A DNA stretch of 38,476 bases. It comes from Actinomycetota bacterium (GTDB lineage: Bacteria > Actinomycetota > Acidimicrobiia > Actinomarinales > Actinomarinaceae). This document shows, one piece after another, positions 28,745 through 36,021 of this stretch. Location of the stretch: assembly GCA_027729925.1 (NCBI GenBank), contig JAQCEB010000005.1, positions 1 to 38,476 on the forward strand. Reading direction: 5' to 3'. Made by a program: the position numbers and the translations under genes. Every line of letters begins with the position of its first letter. Positions within the stretch are counted from its first letter, which is position 1. A model generated the notes under the pieces. It did not search any database, was not told the DNA's origin, and saw nothing but the letters and a program-made list of their open reading frames with translations.

Positions 28745-30183
28745 CCTCTAACCCCTACTCTGGTGTCTTTGAATCTGGCAGGAGAAGCTGGATGGCCTGT
28801 ATGTCCAATTTGGCTTGGTTGTCCTTTACCACAATTTGGTGTACCCCAAAAAACCCACTCTTCCTCTCCGGCTAGCATATCTAAATTTGCCCAAAACTTA
28901 GGTGTTATTCCTGTATAAGTAGGGTTTTTAACCATATCAATAACTTTTCCATTTTTTACAAGCCAACCAACTTCACAACCAAATTGAAAATTTAACCTTA
29001 AATCATCTATAGACCATGATCTATTTGTCTCCATATAAATGCCATTATCTGTTGATTCAATAATTTCTTGTAGTGATGAATCTCCTGGCAGTAAACCAAC
29101 GTTTGTCATTCTAACCATTGGCAATCTGCCAAATCCATCTGCCCTAACCATACCTCCTGGCTTTACTCCAGCTACAGCAGCGCTATCTCTGCCGGATAAA
29201 ACTCCAGTCCAAATACCTTCTTTTACAATGTCTACCCTTTGCGCAGGAGTTCCCTCATCATCATATTTAAATGTTGCTAATGCACCAGGCAATGTTGCAT
29301 CTGCAACAATATTCATTAATTTTGAACCATACTTATGAGAATTTAATTTTTTTAAATCTAAATGAGAAGTTCCTGCATATGCTGCTTCCCAACCTAGTAT
29401 TCTATCTAATTCAATTGCGTGTCCAACTGATTCATGAATCTGTAAAGCTAATTGACTACCTTCAAGTATTAAATCCATAGTTCCTTCGGGACATTGAGGA
29501 GCTACTAACAATCTTTGAGATTCTTCCGATAGCCTGTCTAAATGCTTTTCAAATTCAAAACTTTTTACTACTTCCCATCCACCAGTCCTATACTCCCCAA
29601 AAGATTGTGGATATGATCTAATTTGTGTTTCGCCGTCACCTATTGACAACGAAGATAATCCACCTCCAGTTTCAATAATATTTTGAAAAATTTTATGTCC
29701 TTGACTTGAAGCAAACCATTTCTGTGTATCCCAAAAATCTAAACGACCAAAAGCCCTTGAACTCCCTTGCTTCTTCATATGTTCCGTCGAACTTAAAAGT
29801 AGATTTATTTGTTCATCGCTAGAGATATTAAAAGGATTAATTTCATGTGGCGTAGTATAAGTGTCTTCTACTACAGGCACGTCAGCAAATGGCATTTCTT
29901 TCCCAGCAACTAATGAAGATGCTTTCGCAATATCAAATGCTTTTTTACCAGCAGCTTGTAATGAGCTATTACTTAAATCATATGTAGAGTAAAAACCCCA
30001 TGAAGACCCAACTAATGCTCTTACACCAATTCCTATTTTTTCTGATTCATTGAAATTTTCTACTTCTCCGTTTTTAGCAGAAATATTTCTTGTTTTAGAG
30101 AATAAAATTCTTGCATCAGAATATTTAGAACCGTTTTTTATTGCTGAATCAATAGCTATATCTAAATATTCGAACATACTCAT
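28741..30183 (-). CDS. tldD: TldD metalloprotease subunit
   Basis: G.GVRA, HESVGH, YDDEG, RMTN and C-terminal CGKGQP. Confidence 0.92.
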   Translation of the reverse strand: MSMFEYLDIAIDSAIKNGSKYSDARILFSKTRNISAKNGEVENFNESEKIGIGVRALVGSSWGFYSTYDLSNSSLQAAGKKAFDIAKASSLVAGKEMPFADVPVVEDTYTTPHEINPFNISSDEQINLLLSSTEHMKKQGSSRAFGRLDFWDTQKWFASSQGHKIFQNIIETGGGLSSLSIGDGETQIRSYPQSFGEYRTGGWEVVKSFEFEKHLDRLSEESQRLLVAPQCPEGTMDLILEGSQLALQIHESVGHAIELDRILGWEAAYAGTSHLDLKKLNSHKYGSKLMNIVADATLPGALATFKYDDEGTPAQRVDIVKEGIWTGVLSGRDSAAVAGVKPGGMVRADGFGRLPMVRMTNVGLLPGDSSLQEIIESTDNGIYMETNRSWSIDDLRLNFQFGCEVGWLVKNGKVIDMVKNPTYTGITPKFWANLDMLAGEEEWVFWGTPNCGKGQPSQIGHTGHPASPARFKDTRVGVRG

Positions 30184-30222
30184 AGCTTAACAATACAAAA
30201 AAAAGTACGTAATCTTATAATT

Positions 30223-31278
30223 TTAAACTAAATCTTGTTCTCTAATGCCGAATGAAGGATGTCTTAGCCGACAAAGAGCTAATTTTTCTAGCTGACGAAT
30301 TCTTTCTCTAGTTAGATCAAACTCTTCACCAATTTCTTCTAGTGTTCTAGGTACACCATCATAAAATCCATATCTTAAAGCAAGAATTCTTCCTTCTCTA
30401 TCGGGTAGTCTGCTAATACTTTCTCTTAAACTTTCTGCTACGTCTAAATCTTGGACAATTAATGAAGGGTCGCTGGCATCTTCGTCTTGAATAAAATCAC
30501 CCAATTGGGCACCATCTTCACCGACTGGTTGCTCAAGAGAAACTGTATCAGCAACACTTAAAGCTAATTCAACTTTATCAACTCCGACTCCTGCTTCTTT
30601 AGCAATTTCTTGAGGTTTAGGATCTCTCCCTAATTCAGCTTTCAATTGTGCTTGTGCTGCTCTAACAGCCGCCATTGTATCATGTAAATGAACAGGGATT
30701 CTTACAGTTCTAGATTTATCTGCAATAGCTCTAGTGATAGCTTGTCTTATCCACCAAGTAGCATATGTTGAAAATTTAAATCCTTTTCTCCAGTCAAATT
30801 TTTCAACTGCTCTAATTAATCCTAAGTTTCCTTCTTGAATTAAGTCTAAAAAATCTATACCTGATGTGTTAGCGTACCTTCTAGCGTTAGCAACAACCAA
30901 CCTAAGGTTTGCAGTCAAAAAAGCATCTTTGGCTTCTGCGCCTTTTTTTCTATCCCTTTTTAACCTAATTTCACCTTTTTTATCTTTAAATTGTTTTTTT
31001 TGAAGCTTAATCGCAGCCTTTTCACCAGATTCAATCCTTTGAGCTAATTCAACTTCTTGCTCTGCAGTTAAGAGATCAAAGTTTCCTATTGCTGTTAAGT
31101 ATTGGCTAACTAAATCAGTTGTTAATTTACCTCTATCATCTGCAAGTTTTTTTGTTAAAGATTTTGCTTTTTCACGAGCAACTTTTTCTTGTTCAGGAGT
31201 TAGAGTTGTGTCCTCATTAGAAAAATCTATTTCTTTTTTTGCAGGCTTAGGCTTTGAGGGGATTGTTTTTGTTACCAT
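30223..31278 (-). CDS. RNA polymerase sigma-70 factor, RpoD/SigA-like (group 1 or 2)
   Basis: Region 1.2 D....YL..IG...LLT..QE..LA; NLRLVV..A; [34 protein letters not shown]; region 4 [16 protein letters not shown]. Confidence 0.95.
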   Translation of the reverse strand: MVTKTIPSKPKPAKKEIDFSNEDTTLTPEQEKVAREKAKSLTKKLADDRGKLTTDLVSQYLTAIGNFDLLTAEQEVELAQRIESGEKAAIKLQKKQFKDKKGEIRLKRDRKKGAEAKDAFLTANLRLVVANARRYANTSGIDFLDLIQEGNLGLIRAVEKFDWRKGFKFSTYATWWIRQAITRAIADKSRTVRIPVHLHDTMAAVRAAQAQLKAELGRDPKPQEIAKEAGVGVDKVELALSVADTVSLEQPVGEDGAQLGDFIQDEDASDPSLIVQDLDVAESLRESISRLPDREGRILALRYGFYDGVPRTLEEIGEEFDLTRERIRQLEKLALCRLRHPSFGIREQDLV

Positions 31279-31347
31279 TAATTATTTGACCTTTTTGTTT
31301 AGAATCTAGTTACAAATGTGAATAATATACCAAATTAAAATATAAAG

Positions 31348-32232
31348 CTAATTAATTGGGTTAATTATTTTTAACTTTTTGAGGTATACATATATATATG
31401 TAATCCATAAAATATCTGCGGTTGCTAAATGTAGGATGCTGAGTGGAAGCACAATATTAGATAATACATTTAATATTCCTAAAGAAACTGAAAATAATAC
31501 TAAGTAAAATAATGGTTTTGTATTGATTCCAAAAGTTTTATGGATTTTTTTGCTCTGAACTACAAGTACATATGATAAAAACATTGAAAAAATTGGATGC
31601 AAAATTCTAAGTCTTGTGAGAAGTTCTGATGAACGATCAAAATCAGCAACTAGACCTTGAGTGAAAGACTCACTTGGATACAATACATCAGATAGTGCTG
31701 CGATTGAACCTGTTGCACCAGTCAAAAAAAACAAAATTCCTACAAGTTTAAAATTTAAATCAAAAAATCCATCTAAATTTTTTAAATCGAACTTTAAAAC
31801 AGCAAATAGAGTTGCATAACAGCCAAGTAAACCAAATGTGTTAACCAGATGTATTGGAACAGCTATAATCCTAGGGACTGAGCTGTTCATGCCGACCCAT
31901 TCATATAAAACAATTACTGCACCAATAGCAGCTTCTAGTAAAACAAAAAATGTTAATAGAACAATAATTTTTCTAATTAAATTTTGTTTAGGTAGATTAA
32001 AAGTTTTAGTAAATAAAATTAGTGTAATGATAAGTAGAAACCCGCTTATTGATCTATGTAGAAACTCAATAATCTCTGAAGTATCTTGAAGATTAGGAAT
32101 AATTTTTCCATTACATTTTGGCCAAGTTGAACCACAACCATCTCCAGAGCCAGTTGCACGAACAAATGCTCCAGCCAAAATTGAAACTATTGAAACAAAT
32201 AACCCTAATTTAACTAAAAAATAATTTTTCAA
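31348..32232 (-). CDS. ctaA: Heme A synthase (COX15/CtaA)
   Basis: G..VR.TGSG.GC..WP.C, E..HR, HL, HP and HL heme-ligand positions; 8 TM segments. Confidence 0.88.
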   Translation of the reverse strand: MKNYFLVKLGLFVSIVSILAGAFVRATGSGDGCGSTWPKCNGKIIPNLQDTSEIIEFLHRSISGFLLIITLILFTKTFNLPKQNLIRKIIVLLTFFVLLEAAIGAVIVLYEWVGMNSSVPRIIAVPIHLVNTFGLLGCYATLFAVLKFDLKNLDGFFDLNFKLVGILFFLTGATGSIAALSDVLYPSESFTQGLVADFDRSSELLTRLRILHPIFSMFLSYVLVVQSKKIHKTFGINTKPLFYLVLFSVSLGILNVLSNIVLPLSILHLATADILWITYIYVYLKKLKIINPIN

Positions 32233-32819
32233 AATAAAGCATCAATAATAAATACGACTGAATCCCAAAATAAGCTAAAAGATGTAACTATTATTACTAA
32301 AAACAAACCTAGCATTGCAAAAGTCTTAATATTTCTTGTAAAATAAAAGCCAATTTGGTTAGTGTCATATATATAGGGCATTTCTTTGTCTTTTAAACGC
32401 ATAATTTCTGATGGTTGACTTTGTTCCAAAGAAATAAATGTATCATCAATTTGATTTTCATAATTTTCACTTGATTTATTTAAGGTAGGGTTTTTTCTTT
32501 TAAACGAAGTTCTTACTCGGTCAAGTTTTGTATTTTTTAGATCAATTTTTTCTTTATTAACTTTAAATATGCTTTCCTCATAATTTCTATTTTGAACTTT
32601 ATTTTCAAAATTATTTTCGAAATTTTTTAATGATTTTGATATTTCTGTTCCTAAAAGACCTTCAAGAGCATTCAATACTTTGGAATCAGTAGGAAAACTA
32701 AGACCCGATTCCCATTTTTTAACTTCTTTTTGGTTAACTCCAGTAAATGAAGCTATTTGCTTATTAGACAAACCACGTTCATTTTTTAAATTGGTAAAAA
32801 TTTTACTAAAGTTATTCAT
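32229..32819 (-). CDS. XRE-family HTH protein with a C-terminal membrane anchor
   Basis: N-terminal ERGLSNKQIASFTGV....VKKWESG...P; hydrophobic C-terminus; ATGA overlap with ctaA. Confidence 0.75.
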   Translation of the reverse strand: MNNFSKIFTNLKNERGLSNKQIASFTGVNQKEVKKWESGLSFPTDSKVLNALEGLLGTEISKSLKNFENNFENKVQNRNYEESIFKVNKEKIDLKNTKLDRVRTSFKRKNPTLNKSSENYENQIDDTFISLEQSQPSEIMRLKDKEMPYIYDTNQIGFYFTRNIKTFAMLGLFLVIIVTSFSLFWDSVVFIIDALF

Positions 32820-32870
32820 AATTAGTAATTCTATTCAATTAAAAATTTATTATGTAACTACTCTTACATT

Positions 32871-32962
32871 GGAGGTGAATGAGCGCCTGGTGGGCTCCAC
32901 AGTCTTCAAAACTGTAGAAAGGTGTAATAATCTTTGGCAGGTTCGATTCCTGTCCACCTCCG
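32871..32962 (+). tRNA. selC: tRNA-Sec (anticodon UCA)
   Basis: GGAGGTGA/CCACCTCC acceptor stem with G discriminator; long D stem with TGGT loop; ACAGT-CTTCAAA-ACTGT anticodon arm; long variable arm (AAAGGT/ATCTTT); GCAGG-TTCGATT-CCTGT T arm. CCA is not encoded. Confidence 0.95.
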
Positions 32963-32997
32963 CTACTATATACTTTTTTAATGATTAATATTAAAAA

Positions 32998-33318
32998 ATG
33001 GACTCAAAAAAAGATATTCTTGAAAAAATAAATTTTGCACCAGCAGGTTTCAAAGTTTCACCAGGATGGCGTGTTGGACATTTGAAAGAAGAAACTATAA
33101 CAAAATCGGGTTTACTTGTTCCAGCAGGTAGTGAAAAAACTTCAGAAGCATTACCACTTATAGACGTAGATAGTGGTAAACAGTTCTGGGCGGTTGCAAG
33201 CGGTGCTTGGAAATTTATTTGGCCACCAAGTGGGAAAGTTGTATTGGCTGTTAGAGAATCTCAAATCATTGCTGAAGAAGAAGTTATTTCATCTCCTGAT
33301 AACGGAAACTATTTATAA
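32998..33318 (+). CDS. Divergent GroES/Cpn10-like small protein
   Basis: EETITKSGLLVP resembles the mobile loop, LPLIDVDSG resembles PLDVKVG, and VLAVRESQIIA resembles ILRESDILA. The roof hairpin segment is missing. Confidence 0.6.
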   Translation: MDSKKDILEKINFAPAGFKVSPGWRVGHLKEETITKSGLLVPAGSEKTSEALPLIDVDSGKQFWAVASGAWKFIWPPSGKVVLAVRESQIIAEEEVISSPDNGNYL

Positions 33319-33327
33319 AATTTATCT

Positions 33328-34644
33328 TTGAATCAACGAATTAACCCCAATCAGATCGATAGAAAATTATTAACTGTCTCAGATAGAGATATTTTTGTTA
33401 CAACTCAAAAAGCTCTATTGATTGGAATAATTTTAAAAAATGAAACTAGAGCTGATAAAGAAGAGTCTTTAAAAGAACTAGTTAACTTAGTCAAGACAGC
33501 TGGCTCAAACCCAACAATAATTCAAACAAAAAGAGTTGAGAGCATTGATCCAAAGACTTTTATTGGAAAAGGTTCAATAGCTGAATTGACTGATATTTCA
33601 GATGCTAATGATATAGATGTCGTCATTTTTGATTGTGAACTAAGTCCTAATCAACAAAAAGAGCTTCGTTCTATGTTTAAATGTGATGTTGTTGATAGAA
33701 CTGGTTTAATCTTAGATATTTTTGCTTTACATGCTCAATCTAAAGAAGCTCGCTTACAAGTAGAACTTGCTTTATCTATTTATCTTAAACCTCGTCTAGC
33801 TGGCCTTGGAAAAACATTGAATCAACAAGGCGGAGGAATTGGAACAAGGGGTCCAGGAGAAACAAAGTTGGAAACTGACAGCCGATTAATTGACAATAGA
33901 ATAAATAAATTAAAAAAAGATTTAAAAAAGATTTCAAAACAGAGAGAAGTTCAGTCAAGTTTGAGAAAAAAGAATAATACTCCATTAGTTTCTATCGTTG
34001 GATATACAAATGCAGGAAAATCTACCCTCTTAGAAAAAATAACCTCTTCAAAAACCTACGTTGCTAATGAGCTGTTTGCAACTGTGGATTCGTTACAAAG
34101 AGAATTAAAAATTGACGGTTTAAACGAACCAATAATTATTTCAGATACAGTTGGTTTTATACAAAACTTGCCAACCACACTTATTGAGTCTTTTAAATCT
34201 ACACTTACTGTAGTTAATGAAGCTAGCTTGTTAATTCATGTAGTAGATGCAGCTTCAGCACTACCAAGTATGCATATACAAACTGTGCATAGTATTTTGA
34301 AACAAATTAATAATCAAGTACCAGAAATATTAGTCTTTAATAAGATTGATAAAATTGATCAGGCATCCAAAAATTTTTTACTTGAAAAATTTAAAGATGC
34401 AATCTTTGTTTCTGCAATAGAAAATATAAATATTGATACCCTGATTCAAGAGATTACCGACAAAATTTTTGGAGATTTATTAAATGTAGTTGTATTAGTT
34501 GAACCTCATAATTTAGATAAAATTTACAAATTTGCTTCAATTTCTGATGTAAAAAACTCTGAAGGATTCTTAAAAGTAAATATTACAATTAGAAATCATT
34601 ATTTAGAAAAATTGATAACTAAAGACATTGTTAAACTTTTATAA
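33328..34644 (+). CDS. hflX: Ribosome-splitting GTPase HflX
   Basis: LSP.QQ, DR..LILDIFA.HA, GIGTRGPGETKLE, GYTNAGKS, FAT.D, DTVG and NKID. Confidence 0.96.
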   Translation: MNQRINPNQIDRKLLTVSDRDIFVTTQKALLIGIILKNETRADKEESLKELVNLVKTAGSNPTIIQTKRVESIDPKTFIGKGSIAELTDISDANDIDVVIFDCELSPNQQKELRSMFKCDVVDRTGLILDIFALHAQSKEARLQVELALSIYLKPRLAGLGKTLNQQGGGIGTRGPGETKLETDSRLIDNRINKLKKDLKKISKQREVQSSLRKKNNTPLVSIVGYTNAGKSTLLEKITSSKTYVANELFATVDSLQRELKIDGLNEPIIISDTVGFIQNLPTTLIESFKSTLTVVNEASLLIHVVDAASALPSMHIQTVHSILKQINNQVPEILVFNKIDKIDQASKNFLLEKFKDAIFVSAIENINIDTLIQEITDKIFGDLLNVVVLVEPHNLDKIYKFASISDVKNSEGFLKVNITIRNHYLEKLITKDIVKLL

Positions 34645-35996
34645 TGATGAATCAAATAGGATTAATAGGAATAGGTGTTATGGGAAGCAACCTAGCACTA
34701 AATCTTTCTGATAAAAATTTCAAAGTTAAAGTATTTAATAATTCTGATGAAAAAATTCAAAATTTAATCCAAAAAGACAAAAACAATAATATTGAAGGTT
34801 TTAATACAATTAAAGAATTAATTAAAAACCTAGAAAAACCAAGAAATTTACTTTTACTAGTTCCCTCTGGCGCTCCAACTTTTGAAGTCTCAAAAACACT
34901 TTTGGAGTTAATGGAGAAAGGTGATTTTCTAATTGATGCAGGGAATTCATATTTTGAAGACAGCATAACATTAGGAAAGCTTTGTAAAGATAAAGACGTA
35001 TCCTTCATAGGAATGGGTGTTTCTGGTGGTGAAGTTGGCGCTAGAACTGGACCAGCTCTCATGATCGGTTCAGAAAATCAAATACCAGATGAGTTAAAAT
35101 TTTTATTTGATTCAATTGCAGCAAAAAAAGATAGTGTACCTTGTTCTGGATACTATAAAGGAGCAGGTACTGGGCATTTTATTAAAATGATTCATAATGG
35201 AATTGAGTATGCAGAAATGCAAATTTTAGCTGAAGCATATTCAATTTTAAAATTTTCTAATTTTTCCAATTTTGAAGCATCTGAATTTTTTAGCAATCTT
35301 TCGAACAACAATCAGTCATCATATTTGATAGAAATTACCTCAAAAATTCTAAAAAAGGAAGTTAAGGAAAATTATATAATCGACAAAATAGATTCCGTAG
35401 CTAATCATAAAGGGACAGGAAAACTCACAATTGAAACTTCACTTGAACATGGTTTTCCGGTTCCATCTATTTATTCTGCTTTCAATGCAAGGGTTGAAAG
35501 TCATTATCAAAAACTATTTTCACTTGACGTTGATAAATTAGATAATCAAATAGACATTAGTAAGCTGAATAGTGCTATTTATTTTTCAAGATTGTCTTCA
35601 TTATTACAAGGATTGCTGTTTATAGAATTTTTAAGTGAACGCAATTCTTATAAAATAATGACAAAAAATATTCTAAGCAATTGGGCTGCAGGATGCATAA
35701 TACGATCTGAACTTTTAGCTGAATTATCTAATAACTGTGATAAAAAAGGTATGCTTGATAAAAACAAAGTTCAGAATTTATTAAATCTGTATTTAGAAGA
35801 CACTAAAGATGTTATTCGCCAAGCAATAAATTCAAATATACCTTTACATGTAATTACGTCATCGCTTAATTGGTATTTAAATTTATCTTCTAACACCAAT
35901 CCATCGAACTTAATACAAGCACAAAGAGATTATTTCGGTGCACACAAAGTTAAGTTAATTGGAAGTGAAGATTTTTTACACATTGACTGGGATTGA
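34644..35996 (+). CDS. gnd: 6-phosphogluconate dehydrogenase (decarboxylating), long form
   Basis: G.GVMG.NLALN, GMGVSGGE.GA, GHFIKMIHNGIEY, KGTG, W..GCIIRS and QAQRDYFGAH. Confidence 0.95.
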   Translation: MMNQIGLIGIGVMGSNLALNLSDKNFKVKVFNNSDEKIQNLIQKDKNNNIEGFNTIKELIKNLEKPRNLLLLVPSGAPTFEVSKTLLELMEKGDFLIDAGNSYFEDSITLGKLCKDKDVSFIGMGVSGGEVGARTGPALMIGSENQIPDELKFLFDSIAAKKDSVPCSGYYKGAGTGHFIKMIHNGIEYAEMQILAEAYSILKFSNFSNFEASEFFSNLSNNNQSSYLIEITSKILKKEVKENYIIDKIDSVANHKGTGKLTIETSLEHGFPVPSIYSAFNARVESHYQKLFSLDVDKLDNQIDISKLNSAIYFSRLSSLLQGLLFIEFLSERNSYKIMTKNILSNWAAGCIIRSELLAELSNNCDKKGMLDKNKVQNLLNLYLEDTKDVIRQAINSNIPLHVITSSLNWYLNLSSNTNPSNLIQAQRDYFGAHKVKLIGSEDFLHIDWD

Positions 35997-36009
35997 AATA
36001 ATTTATTAC

Positions 36010-36021
36010 TAATATCTGCTG
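36010..36021 (+). promoter_or_regulatory. -10 box for a leaderless pepN transcript
   Basis: TAATAT lies 6 nt before ATG 36022, with no SD. Confidence 0.5.

Noticed and set aside
32680-32988. 102-aa ORF spanning the tRNA
   Set aside because: It overlaps the HTH gene antisense and the tRNA-Sec, so it is an artefact.
32998-33318. Hfq call based on the position upstream of hflX
   Set aside because: There are no Sm1/Sm2 motifs (no YKHAI); the sequence fits GroES better.
32820-33330. selC as an integration site for an island or prophage
   Set aside because: There is no integrase, I saw no duplicated tRNA 3' end, and the flanking genes are housekeeping.
871-35062. Many antisense or nested ORFs in the track (e.g. 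871-1320, 2161-2616, 16275-16781, 18858-19181, 27864-28436, 29039-29338, 34757-35062)
   Set aside because: They lie opposite or inside well-supported genes, have Ser/Leu/Ile/Phe-rich shadow composition, and show no motifs.
3408-36021. UGA read-through (Sec or alternative genetic code) at genes ending in TGA (metF, MFS, holB, IDO, tldD, HTH, gnd)
   Set aside because: The proteins look complete at those stops, most are overlaps with the next gene's start, no Cys-equivalent position is involved, and Trp is encoded by TGG.
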